From contig QPGO01000148.1 in NCBI GenBank assembly GCA_008632985.1, forward strand, positions 124,001 to 186,431: a stretch of DNA of 62,431 bases. The letters are read 5' to 3'. The notes beneath the pieces were generated by a model. The model was not told the origin of the DNA, did not search any database, and was given only the letters and a program-made list of their open reading frames with translations. Origin of the DNA: Psammoneis japonica (Eukaryota). The translations under genes were made by a program, and so were the position numbers. Below, piece after piece: positions 36,606 to 48,560 of this stretch; within the stretch, counting starts at the first letter, position 1; each line of letters opens with the position of its first letter.

Positions 36606-36909
36606 ACGTGATTTTCACAAGAATCAAAGACAAGTAAAAGATCTCGATGGAGGAGATGGGAGATGGCTGCGGGAGATGATAATATAAGGGCGAAACAAAC
36701 TTTGTTGAGTTGCCACTGTTGATTTGATGAGCATATCACTTCGTTGTGGCTGAGATTGAAGATGGACGCAATAATATCGCGCTCGATCTCAGAGCATTTT
36801 GCATTTTTAAAAATATTCGATGACTTATAAAATGAATGAACCGGAATGAGCAGGAAATTGGCGCGATGCAAAACTCCGGGTTCTCACCGACTCTACAATT
36901 CTGCAATCT

Positions 36910-37960
36910 CTCTATGAGAATGTGGACTGGGAGCTGAAGGATGAGAGAATTTCATCACACACACTCACGATCTCTTCAAACACCGCTGTGGGAGGTGCCA
37001 GGAGAACACGGCTTGTTGTTGAAAAAATGTGCCAGCCAGGAGCACCCACGTTTGTGCTGGACTGGCCAGCAGTGGAGCTCAGACAAAAGAAAGCTCAGCA
37101 AGCACAATCTCAACAGTCTCAAGCAGCAGCTTCTTGCCAATTTCTCAAAAAAAGGTTGCTGTGGGCCATCTCTGCTGTCAGCCCACAAGCCATCATGCAT
37201 TGCTCAGGATGTCAGCAGAGGGTGACTTGCTTGACACTGAACAACATGACATGCTGCAACCATCAGTGAGGGCAACAACAGCACCAGGATGAAAATGACC
37301 TCTGTGCCTTCCATGCTTCAAACTCTCATGTCATCACACATTGCTCCAAGTCAACAGGACGCGCCCATGAGGACTGCAAACATTTGCCATTTGAACAACT
37401 CTGGTGATTGTTGGACTCGCCATTCCACGGCACAGGAACAAGTTTCTGACAGAGGAGCTCCTTCCTTGCGGCATGCTGTGAGAGCCTCCAACCGAGCAAA
37501 TTTGTCATCTTCATCCAACAGATCAGGGGAGCATGCTGCACATGGGAAAAGCTGTGATGAAGAAAAGGCTTTTTTAGAAGCGCAGTTGGCCCCCACTCAT
37601 GGATTTACAATGTGTCATTCTGTGTGCTGTTGTGGGAAGCATTGCTTGACATTGCTGTTGCACGAGAGTGCATCAAGGGTGACAAACAGCAGCGCTTTGG
37701 AAACGGTGAGCAACGAAGCATGGCAGAGGCTGAGTGCAACAGGAGGAAGCATGAGTGAAAGATCGCTGAATGAAACACCCTGTGAAGGTGAGAGCTGGGG
37801 AACAGACTAAAAGAAAAGGTGTGAGTCGACATCATGCTGCTGTTTTCAAGAAGTGAGCTCATCTTGGCACACAAATTGAGTCCACATTGTTGACAAAATT
37901 CTACATTGAACACACAAATTCCTGCATCACAATTCCACATGGTAAATTGTTTGGTCCCCT
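36910..37960. other. TpA/CpG-depleted unidentified relic adjoining the copia fragment
   Basis: Compositional only; no recognisable domain. Confidence 0.5.
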
Positions 37961-40820
37961 CAAGTTGATGAGGCAGACACTGAGTCACCTTGACTCAATT
38001 TACAGTCTGGTCATGTTTGGCTGCACAAAGGCAACAAGGAAACCCCAGTGACCTGCAACAAACCCAATGGGATGAGGGAAGTGGTTTCTGAACTTTGCAA
38101 ATCCCTCGTGAAGCATCATGCTCACAAGTCCATCTTGTTTCATGCCACCGCACATGATCTCAGTGGTGATGTCCACCGGATTGCATTCCAGTCGGATGTG
38201 TCCAGTGAGGGATTCACCCATTGCTGCCAACTCTCTAACAGCATGGTGTGGCAAATCGAGCTCAACTTCTTCAAAGTAGACTCAGGACTCTGCGTGTCAT
38301 GAATGACAGACATGTTGTCACCATGGATGCAGGACGGACCAGACAAGAATGGTGTGCCCATCATTCGCAGTTTGCACCTCAGACCATGCAAGGCTTCCAT
38401 GCCCTGCTTCATGGCCACAAATTTGGCACCAAAGACCAAAATCTCAATGGTGCTCTGGCACTTGGAAAACCATGTGACCAAAGCCATGTTCAAGCAAATG
38501 AAAAAGCCCATGTGTGAATGCCTTGTCAACTTGTCATTGGCATGATCAAAGTCAACAAACAGGTGCAGATCAACCTCCTTGCCTGGAGGGATTGGCGCAT
38601 TGCCGGGGACCGCCTCCTTGACGTCCCACAAAATGACTTGCAGTCACATTCCTTGAAGTCAGACATGTCTGTGTCTGGATGTGTCAGATCAAACACCAGC
38701 CTGGTGTTGTGCCTGTTCTTGCTTGAGGCACCTGCACACACATGCAGGACAGCCTCGAGGTGGCCCTCCCTTGCCATGGTGAGGAAGGAGGCAAGCTTGG
38801 AAACCTCAGCAATGAGATCCACACATCTGAGTTCAACTGTTCAGTGCAGGACACCCACCTGTGACTGGCAAAACTTGGCTTCATTGGCATCCAGCTCAGG
38901 CGTGGTGTCAACCTTGGGTTGACAGTCACATGGGAAAGGGGCCGTTGCCCGGCACGGCAACGTCTTTGCTCCCAGGCTCTTTGCATGAAGATGTGCCTCT
39001 ACATTCTTGACAGCCTGTTGGAGACGCACTTGCTGGAACTCATGTCCCAAGCATGGACACCACTCGGCAGCTCTGCTTTGCGGATCTTGGCTCCAAGATG
39101 CATCTTGGGATCACCCGTTTAACTGGGCTTCATCTTGAGGTGTTGTTCAATCTCCTTTAGAGCACATGTGGCATCGTGGTGCACCATCAAAATGTCATCA
39201 ACACACAACAGTGCGCAGGCACAGCACAGGAACCCATCATTGGGTCGGACCTCTTCCATCATCCAGACATCAGGGTCCACCAGGCACAGCAGCCATCCAA
39301 GTGTCACATGCATTGGGCCAAATGATTTCTGAAAGACATGCCAGCACTCTTCAATCCACAAAGGGCATGCTGGACAATCGCTCTCTCACCTGCATCAGGT
39401 CTGAACTCTGGTCCCAGAGTCACAGTCATCTTCTCGCTGTTGGGAGCGGTGATGCAGACACTCTTGATGTCTGCGGCTTTAACCTCAAGGTTGTTGAGGG
39501 CAGCAAGAGTGAACACAATCCTTGCACTCTCACAAGAGACAACACTGGCACATGTCATCACAGCCGGAGGTTCAGCAGTGTGTCCCCCTGCCACATGGCG
39601 GGCCTTGTGCTTGAAGTCTTGGAGTTCAACATCAAAGACCAAGTGGCATCTGACATGCTGGCATCCCACCAGATTCTCATCATTGTCAACAACCTCAAAG
39701 GCTTTTCTGACTGTGCCCATCTCCTTGTCAACAGCATCTTGCCATTGTCGGTCCTCATTTCCCTCATCAATCTTGACGGCTTCTTCACAAGTCTTGGGAA
39801 CACGTGTCCTGCACTTGTGTCCGCTTGAGTTGACGCTTGTTGACAGCGGCAACAATCTGTGTGTGCTTCTCGAAGGCATGTGGAATGCACCAAGCAAAGG
39901 TGGGCTCATCTTCAACAGATCCCGCCCTGGCATGCTCAGCCAGTTCAATCTGGTTTGATTCTTTCAAATCTGCAAGTTGCTCCCAAGAGGCAACACCGTC
40001 TCTCCAATGAACACAAAGGTGCCATCCTTTGGTTGTTTTCCAAGTGAATCGGTGCCCTCTGCCATCCTGGGAGACCGCGTCTTGTTTCTGGATGGCATGC
40101 TCATTGCTCTTGTGGTCCACGACAGCATCCAGCTGGTCGCCTTGTTGTCACACTGAGCAAACATGTTCTCAGCAATGACGTTGGCTGCCAGTTCTGCCTC
40201 CTGACCGTCGGGGAACTCCACCTCACAGACGCGCATGTCTGGGATGGGTTTGGCATTGGCTTGTCCTGCCAGTGTTCTGTCCGGCTTCAGCTTCTGCCGT
40301 TTGACCTTGCCGGTCTGGCATGTGTGCCCATGTGGCAGCAAAACTTCTGCATTCACACAGATGTTGTGAGCCACGTCAGTTGGCGTGTCAGCTTCTGGGG
40401 CACCAGATGGGTCTTGTTCTGAGTCGTCCTTGCATGGATCAAAGGTGGGAGTGATCACATTGGGGTTGTCAATGTCGCTGATGGTCATCCTGGGACAAAG
40501 CTTGGCCTCTGCCTTGGCATCAAATTTGTTCCGTAACGCCAAGTGCGTCTTGTGATGCCATTCCTCTGGGGCAAGAGCCCGGCAGGGCAGAGGATCTGTG
40601 GATGACTTGTCCATTTTCCTTGAGTGTCTTGGTGGTCATCGCCGGTCCTGCATCCCTGCTGGGGCCCATGCACCTCCCAGGACCTCCTTGTCTTCAGGGA
40701 ATGAGACAGCCGTGTCCCTGAACATGACCCAGTCACACCATCCGAGCTCGCACATGTGCAAAATGTCGGCGGTCTGTCCTGACACTGCTGTCTCCGGGAC
40801 TTCACCGTCGAGCTTGTAGG
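37960..40820 (-). mobile_element. Heavily mutated CoDi copia pol fragment (integrase end, RT, RNase H)
   Basis: ANVIAENMFAQCD, TTKGW.LCV.W.DG, KARHVAGGH, ALCGLKSAG, LLCVDDIL, FVDFDHANDKLTRHSH, GDNMSVI. Confidence 0.92.
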
Positions 40821-41190
40821 GCCTAAATGCCCTGTCCAAGAGATTTCAGAGGCTTGCGAAGATATCCTCGAGGAGGCATTGAAGGAATGGAAATCTGTGA
40901 AGGGGACACCCACCCTTACGCGAAAGAGACCCCGCTCAGATGTTGGCTCCAAACCATCACGATTTCAACGGATACTAAGAAAGAAGACGTCGAAGTAATT
41001 TCGTTTTTTGTTTTATGATAATAACTTAGAGTTGTTCTTCCTCGTCGTGTTTTGGATGACATTTGATCATCGTGTGAACGGCATTGCAAAAGACGCAGAG
41101 CATCCCCTCCTGCAATACTCAGCCGCGAGCCAAGCCAAGCTTCATCAGTTAGATTGCCAGGGCTTCAAATAAAAAACGAAACACTGATCG

Positions 41191-41655
41191 CCGCTGCGAG
41201 GATTGATTCAAGACCACGTTGACAGTGGTGTCAAGCTCACTTGCAAAGAGACCTTTTTGGAAAAGTGGGAGTATATGCAGCTCTTGTTTGCCACCTTGAC
41301 GGGTCTTTCCGGGATCGAAATGATTCGGTCCGACATCGACATTACACTCGTGCCTCCTGCCATTTGGAAGCCAAGAGAGTTGTGGACGGGAAAGAAGAAG
41401 AACTTCCCGGCATTTCCTTAGAGTGAAAGGCAAAGACTCCCGAGACCGCATTTGGTGGGAATCAACAAGAACACATTGTCCTGGTTCGAGGCGGCGAATT
41501 GCTACGCGGAGTGTTCGACAAGGCGGCGTTTGGGGCAACCGACTTTTCTTTAGTTCACGCCGTGTATTCGGCGTACGGTCCGAGCAAGGCGGGGCTCCTC
41601 CTTAATGCGTTTGGAAGACTCTTTACGGCGTACTTGTAATATTATTCAGCCCACT
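41191..41655 (+). pseudogene. RPA1: Internal fragment of RNA polymerase I largest subunit
   Basis: PLRGLIQDHVDSGVKLTCKETFL...PPAIWKPRELWTGK then EHIVLVRGGELLRGVFDKAAFGATDFSLVHAVYSAYGPSKAGLLLNAFGRLFTAYL. Internal deletion and in-frame stops. Confidence 0.85.
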
Positions 41656-41873
41656 GTACCTATCAACGGCTACCACAACCAACTCACTGAGGTCTATCAG
41701 GTTCTCGACACAGACAAGGTCTCGACTTACCTGCTGATAGACGACACCCGGTTCGGTTCGTAGAGGGAATTGATGATAAGAAGCAAGAGTGCTGTTCACG
41801 CCACCATGCACGATGTCGCCAGAAAAGTCGTGTAATTGAGATGGATGCAAATGCCTTAGACTCAGAAGTTGCA

Positions 41874-43732
41874 TTACACCCAGCGTCTCTTCCGTGATAT
41901 CGCGTTGAAGTTCCAGAAGAATACCAGCTTCTTATATTTTGCCATACTGTTGAGTCCACGATTCGGAATGGTTCTCAAGGCAAGACAATCCTTGTAGAAG
42001 GCACAACTGTCAACAGCATTACGCCATGTCGATTTGCCGGGCGCCGCAGTTGTAGCACAACGACAGAGTTGAAACTGAAACAACCCACCCTTCTTCCTGC
42101 TTGGTACAAAAGACTGAATAAGATAGAGACCATCATACCGGTAACTTTCTTGACTATTCTTGGGCCAAGAACTGCAGATTACACGAAAGAGCTTGGGTAC
42201 TTTTTGGATTGGAAACTTGAATAGGTAATTGCTTTTCATAGCTAAGGACCATTGCCAAGGCTTCAACACTTGTTTCCGCGGCGTACATGATTTTGATAAA
42301 ACTGATCATCTCCTTTCCGATTCCCACTGACAATTATTGTGTCACAACCCGCCTTAGAGTTGCCACTAATGCCTCGATGATGACCATAATGCCCGCGTTT
42401 CCGCACCAGCTCTGCTCTAGTGTACACATCATGCCCTTCACATATGCCATCGACTTGGCCGAATGTTGGACCTGCGTAGGGCTTTATTGGCCCCAAACCA
42501 GGGCTTGGAGTACCTGAATCCTTGTCGAATTCTACGTAGTCGCCATCCATAAAGATGATGGCAAGTCTACGATTGGCAGCCGCAACATCTTTCTCTTTCT
42601 TCTTCTGCAGAACTCGAGCTACCCCGTGTGTCCACGTTTCAAATGGCGAGGTATAATGTCAAGGAAGTAACGGAGCGCACGAAGGGTGGGTTAGTACGCA
42701 CCGTCCATCATATAGGCATCACCAGGTTGCAGGATCAATTCGATTATCTGATCCCCCATTTGGAGTGACCTGTTGGCAAGTTTCGGCTTTTGATTGTGAC
42801 TCGACGTGGCTCAGTGGTAGGAGCATCGGCTACAAGCGCCACAATTTTCGTCTCTCCTTAATCGTCGTCTGTAAATTTCGATTAGAATTCTCGTAAGGTC
42901 TCGCGTATACATCAACAACGAAGTACGCGTTAAGACATCACATTTTCTCGCTTTCTCACCTGCATGCTGCCCCATTTTATCATTTCCGCCACTGCACAAA
43001 ACAGCAGTGACACCAATATTCCACCTCGATACCCCCGCAATCTCACCAATGCGTTGGACGAGCATTTGCAATTGTGCGTTTGTTGTATCGATACCCAGGT
43101 TGTGTCTGATCAAAGTCGGGCGTTGCGCTTTCATGAAACTGGCAGTGGAATCGCGTTTCATGATTGAGTCCTTGAATGCTGTATTGACGGAAAATGTTGA
43201 CTCCGAGTGGTTGGCCCAGCAGTTCCTCGGTAACTTCTGGCGCTTCCTTCTTTCTTCGAAATAGCCTGTCGCACCCACTGGCGAGAGTCGAGTGTAATAT
43301 CGACGCGGATACCATCATCACGCGCTAGCACTCGTTCGGATCCCCATTTGTGTCCATCATAAGTTTTAACTGTGGCAAGCACTCGATCACCACCTGCCGC
43401 ATCAAGCGTTGACGGCGAGTGCTTTTCTTTGTGTCCCTGCCATTCATCTCCATGCTCCCTCGAGTTGACTCATGCCAGTTTGATGGAATCAGACACTCTC
43501 TGAGCCTGCAGAGCTCTACAGAAGGAACTTCGCAACAGAAGCTGGCTCTCTTCCGTTTCATCGCGATCTGCGGATCGCTCGCTCTTGCCTCTTGCAAAGA
43601 ACCGAAGAACGATGCGCATGATGCTGGATGCTGCAACCAGTCAGACGGACAGACAGACACGACTGACTTGTGCGCCTCATTCGTGACGCCATGACGGTGC
43701 TTTCTTCCCCGCCCGCACTTTGGCTTCACCAT
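41874..43732 (-). pseudogene. AlkB-like 2OG-Fe(II) dioxygenase fused to an SRA/YDG domain, disrupted
   Basis: Splicing intron 42869-42959 gives WNIGVTAVL..GGNDKMGQHADDD*GETKIVALV, then IELILQPGDAYMMDG and TWTHGV...RRLAIIF. This runs in frame into SRA motifs FGQVDGI.EG...RAEL...H...GISGNSKAGCDTIIVSG...DD...IMY...SYEKQLPI.V...YRYDGLY. The 5' boundary is uncertain. Confidence 0.8.
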
Positions 43733-43846
43733 AATTCGAATTCAGAGTGACTGCAGCCCCAGATAGCAAGATCATCGCATAGCTACGATTGTGCTTTTGT
43801 GTTTACACCATCTCGTAGTTGGACGCCATCATAAGATTGTGCTACT

Positions 43847-45742
43847 ATGTCGTTGCAAAATCCGGCATCAGCAGCCGTGAATTGCCCTCCTTCTCTGGTC
43901 GCGCCGGGAGAGAGCGAGAACAAGGGCCCATGGTCGTGTTCCACTTGTACCTTTATCAATTCGGATCCTCTCCATTTAAGATGCGACATGTGTGGCGAGT
44001 TGCGTGATGTGGGAGAAGAAGAATCGGGGAATCATCAACCGCAAAAAGCAACAGCAAGTCCCACATCGAGCGACAAGGTTTCGGCGTACAAGTACCGTCC
44101 AGAAAACAACAACATGCGCCGTTCGGCTCCTGCGCCTCCTCAAGTGGACGGCGGCGAAGTCACAAAATTCGCACATCGCAGTGGTAGACGACGTGCTGTT
44201 CCTCAACGGAAGCGACTCGCGGATGATACAACGCCATCAAGCAGTCTTCCTCCAACACGTATTGACACGACGAGTCGAAGTCGTCCTTGTGCTGATACAG
44301 CAACAAGGCCTCCCTCTGTTCCAGCAAGGAGGCCAACAGATCCAAGAACTAATCCTTCTCCTCCTCTTGCACCTAGGACTCCTCCTACTCATGCCACCAC
44401 CGCCGCTCTCGTTGTAGCTACACAGCCGACTCACAGCACACCTAATGATCGACAACAGAGTCACGATAACGAACAAGGCGAGGAGAATTTTTTCAGACCG
44501 GGTGCCTACTCGGTGATTGAACGAGACGAGGATGACATTATTGAACGTCAAGACACGGGTTTCCTTTCACCGAGTCCTCCTTCCGATAGTCAAAAGCCAG
44601 ACGACAAGAAAAAGGAACACATGGCTACACTGGATCAACAAACGGTGGTTGCCGAGGTGGTTTCTGACGAAGCCTTGGAACAGGAAATAAGGCAACGCAT
44701 CTTGTTGGAACAACAAGTGGAACAAACGGCCCAACAAGAGTTGCATCAAAGTGCGATGGTCCAGAACGCGGTCCGCGCTGAGGTTGTGCGTACTACAACA
44801 ACACACATCTATCCAGCGACAGAGTCGACGACCAAATCCACCGCCGCCGGCGGCGGTATCAAGGAGAAAGTGTTTGGTTCCAAGCCACGAAAGCGAATCG
44901 ATATCGCATCCACACCGGAAGCGATTAAACAACGACAGGTCTTGCCGTGGAAATTTTATCAAAACAAAACGACCAAAATGTGGATTGCCTCTATTGGCAC
45001 CACCAATCAAGAAGGTGCCGTTCAGAACATCAATTATAGCTTTGAGAGTGAGTATCAGGCCGGTCGGGTCGGATTGCAGCTGGCGGCACCACGAATGATG
45101 CCCTTTGATGAAAACCCCACCTGCTTTATCTGTCACGCCATGTTTGCCGTTTTGAAACGGCCGTGTCATTGCCGGAATTGCGGTATTTGCATTTGTTCGT
45201 CGTGTGCTACAACGTGGTCCTCGAAAATGGTGCCGGAAACCTACAATAGCAAAAACAGCTCCAGTCTCAATATATGCTTGGCGTGCGACTGGTTGTCCAC
45301 GTCGTTTCATGCCGCCTTGCTTCAAGGGGATTATTCCAAGGTGATGGACTTGTACAAGACAGGCAATCTCAACCTTAGCGCTCCCTTTTGCAATGTCAAG
45401 GGCGAGCTGTTGTATCCTGTCCATTGTGCTGTCATGGGCGGAAATCTTGACCTGCTCAAGTGGTTGGTCGATGATCATTGTTGTCCCATTGTATCGGATG
45501 GCTCCCTGTTTTTAACAACTTCCAAAAGCAAGAGCGGTCCGCTTGTGTCGTCCAAGGGGCGATCTGTGCTGGGAATTGCGCAGTCGAACCATCGACTCGA
45601 TTTTGTGCGGTACCTTGTCGTGAGCAAGGGCATGTCGCTGGCGCAAGAACGTGACTTGGATATATCAGTCACTCTGGAAAACTACACCTCTGTGTTGGAG
45701 TTGTTGCCGGAAAGTGTTGCCAATGAATCAGCCTCAACATGA
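43847..45742 (+). CDS. RanBP2-type zinc finger + FYVE domain + ankyrin-like protein
   Basis: WSCSTCTFIN...CDMC. CFICHAMFAVLKRPCHCRNCGICICSSC...CLAC. YPVHCAVMGGNLDLLKWLV. Confidence 0.88.
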   Translation: MSLQNPASAAVNCPPSLVAPGESENKGPWSCSTCTFINSDPLHLRCDMCGELRDVGEEESGNHQPQKATASPTSSDKVSAYKYRPENNNMRRSAPAPPQVDGGEVTKFAHRSGRRRAVPQRKRLADDTTPSSSLPPTRIDTTSRSRPCADTATRPPSVPARRPTDPRTNPSPPLAPRTPPTHATTAALVVATQPTHSTPNDRQQSHDNEQGEENFFRPGAYSVIERDEDDIIERQDTGFLSPSPPSDSQKPDDKKKEHMATLDQQTVVAEVVSDEALEQEIRQRILLEQQVEQTAQQELHQSAMVQNAVRAEVVRTTTTHIYPATESTTKSTAAGGGIKEKVFGSKPRKRIDIASTPEAIKQRQVLPWKFYQNKTTKMWIASIGTTNQEGAVQNINYSFESEYQAGRVGLQLAAPRMMPFDENPTCFICHAMFAVLKRPCHCRNCGICICSSCATTWSSKMVPETYNSKNSSSLNICLACDWLSTSFHAALLQGDYSKVMDLYKTGNLNLSAPFCNVKGELLYPVHCAVMGGNLDLLKWLVDDHCCPIVSDGSLFLTTSKSKSGPLVSSKGRSVLGIAQSNHRLDFVRYLVVSKGMSLAQERDLDISVTLENYTSVLELLPESVANESAST

Positions 45743-46057
45743 AACAGGTAGGGCCCTAGGATTAATACATACTTTAATTGGACAAAATGCACGTGATGAG
45801 ATAGTGCAGACGCTTGGCATGGTGATAGTCGATGGGCATTTACTCCTAGATCGATTATTATCACGGTGGCGTAGCGAGACTTGAGAAAACGGCAGCTGCC
45901 CACGCCATTGCTGACATTCCCACGCAAGACTGCCCTTCGACGGCTGACGATGAAAACACGGACAATGATTCTCAGACCATGGTTTGTGTAAGTGTTGTTG
46001 TAGTGGATTTTTGCGCTTGCTAACGTTCGAGCCTTTTCCGTGTGTTTTCTTGGCAAG

Positions 46058-46274
46058 TCTATCCATACTGACTGGGATCATCACGTCTGGGATCATGATG
46101 ACCGCTGTTGGAAGCTCTGTCGACTCCATCGTTGTACTGTATTGTGAGGCTCCGGCCGAGTTTGAAGAAAATCACCCAGATCTGCACCGGGAGATGCAAG
46201 CAACATGGAGTGAAGCTTGGTCTAGTGTTATCACAGCGGAAGCAGTAGTCGTCCCACCAGCCAACGTTGTCTAG
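46058..46274 (+). pseudogene. C-terminal exon/fragment of a choline-transporter-like (CTL/PNS1) gene
   Basis: VGSSVDSIVVLYCEAPAEFEENHPDLHREMQATW. Preceded by a gtaagt...gctaac...ag intron. No intact upstream part. Confidence 0.6.
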
Positions 46275-46637
46275 AGAGAGCAACACCTTATTGTGAGAAA
46301 ACTTTGGACGTGTTAGAATACCAACTTTATAATATTCGAATAAGATTTACAAAGGAGTATTAGTCGAGAAGCTACGCAATGCTGAGCGGTCTACAAAAGC
46401 AAATTTCATTAACTATCGCTATGCGTGAGGTAACAGGGTAGCCATTTTGAGGTTGAAGCGTCAATAGCGTTTTAGGAACTCTAGATATGATACGGTATTC
46501 TGAAAGAAAGGTCTACATTAGAGGATTACTATCTGTGTGCTCATATACGCTGCCAAAGTGCATAGAGCTAGGACTGCTCGCTGATGTACACTGCCAAAGT
46601 GCACGGGCGAGATGAAGCAAAGATGCTATGGATGAAT

Positions 46638-47971
46638 CTAAACAAAGGCACATTCGTCCTGCTTGGCAGGCGGCTTGCGGTCGTCCTCGGCAGGTGGCTG
46701 GCGGTCCTCACTCGTGTTGGCAGCGGCGCAAACGGCTAAGGCCACATGCTGGATCTCCTTGCCTTGAGGAGAACTGAAGAATGTCTGCAATGCAGTCATA
46801 CTCTTCTGGCTAATAATGGCGGGCTTCTTCTTCTGGGGTGTGGCAACGAGACCAGATGACGGTAATAGTCTCTTTCCAGATGAGGCTGCGGCGGCAGGCC
46901 ACCCGAACACCCCACGAGTTTGTACCGTGTACTCGGATGACTTCGTCGATTTGCCCACTTTCAAGGCTGAACCATAGGCATGGCCAGCAGGGCTCAACTC
47001 AAATCCATAGAGCTTAAGAGGACGTGCAATGAGCATATGCTTCCTTTGGCTTCTAGGCAACGAATTCGGGTCCAACTTGAATATTTCCCGCCCAAGTGCA
47101 TCGCGATCTGCCATTGTAGCAGTCCTGCCATAAGGCAACTGATCGTAAAGACTGGGATCAGCATAAAGGCTCTTGACATGGACTATGGCTCCGTTGAGCA
47201 AAGTTACGACCTTCAAGTCGACCTCGTGCTTGCGCTTCAACTCCTTGGTTGTCTCCGCTGCGTCCATGTATCCAGCTTGTCGAGCTTCAATAGTTTCAAC
47301 AAAGCTGCAGGCGGCGTCGTACGCAGCTTTCTTGGCATCACGATCACGGATTGCAGCTCCAAGGTCTACTTGGGCTTGTGCAGCACTCGCTGCATTTCGC
47401 TTGACGTCGTATTCGTTCTGTGCAATCGTTTTCTTCAACGATTTCATGAGATCCTCCGTGTTTGATTCGTTGTTCCAGTAGTGCGACTCGGGTGATGTCG
47501 CGAGCAAGCTGATACGTGGATTATTGGCAGACGCATTCAGCAAATCCATGACGCCGTAGTTAGGATTGGTTTCCACTTCCTCGAAGAGCTGGTCTTCCAC
47601 CGTCTTGACGCCCTTCTGGACAATCTCCTTTTGTTGTACTTCATCCAACAGCAGGAGGTTTCGATTCGCCACAGTGGGTGTCGCCTTCAAATACTCCTGG
47701 ATATCACCTTCCTCCTCCTCCTCCTGTTCTTCTTCAACAGAATCCCTTGCCTGTACCTGCAAAACCGCATATGGAGAAGAAAGCCCTTGCACTAAAGCCA
47801 AAGTAGCTTGCCCTGTTGAGATGATGCAACAGTCGAAATAGTTTAGAACGAGGGTAGAGAGAAGCGATTCTGTGACAACACCACACCTCGTCACTTACCA
47901 TTGGGAGTAGACCAAAACTCTGAGTCTGTGGGGCTGCGACCTACGCTGCTGTCGTTGTTTTCGGACGCCAT
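46638..47971 (-). CDS. Hypothetical coiled-coil protein, two exons
   Basis: Exon 1 MASENNDSS... ending at a gtaag donor (~47897), acceptor ttgcag (~47757), then a long ORF. Confidence 0.55.
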
Positions 47972-48109
47972 GTGTCGCTGGTCGCGCTGCAGGATGTTGT
48001 TTGTCTTGTGTGTCGTGCTTGTGTCGTGTGTTGTGAGCTGTGAGCAAATGGGCCGTGTTCGTGTTCGCTGTTCGTTCGTTGGGCCTTGCGATGTGATTTG
48101 AGTGGTCCT

Positions 48110-48560
48110 ACTACGCAGGATTCTACGCATGTCATACCACAGTAATTTGAAAATCCAAAATGATCATTTTGTCTTTTGTACACCGAGTTTGGTAGTTTGT
48201 TTACATACTGAAAATTACTACTGAAAAACACAGGGGCACGGGGGCATCGTAACTTTTCGAAAACATTGTCGCGGAATTCTGCCCCCGTAAACTTCTGGTA
48301 TGATTCTACATACTATGCCCCAGGTACAAATTTTTCGTGGAATTCTCGGGGCATAAAACCTATACTTTAAGTTCCAAAAAAACTAAAAATCGTGCCCCCG
48401 TGGAATCTCATATGATTTCTACGTATTTTGACAAAAAGTGATGGAATGCCCCCGTTGTCACTGGTATTGATTCTACGCATTTTTCAAAAATGACCGGTGT
48501 TTGTGGAAATTTATCAGTGCCCCCGTTATCGCTGGTATTCATTCTACGCATTTTTAGAAA
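48110..48560. repeat. Cluster of short repeated motifs TGCCCCCG and ATTCTACGCA
   Basis: TGCCCC(CG)/GGGGCA occurs ~8 times, several followed by CTGGTA(T)..ATTCTAC. Confidence 0.7.
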
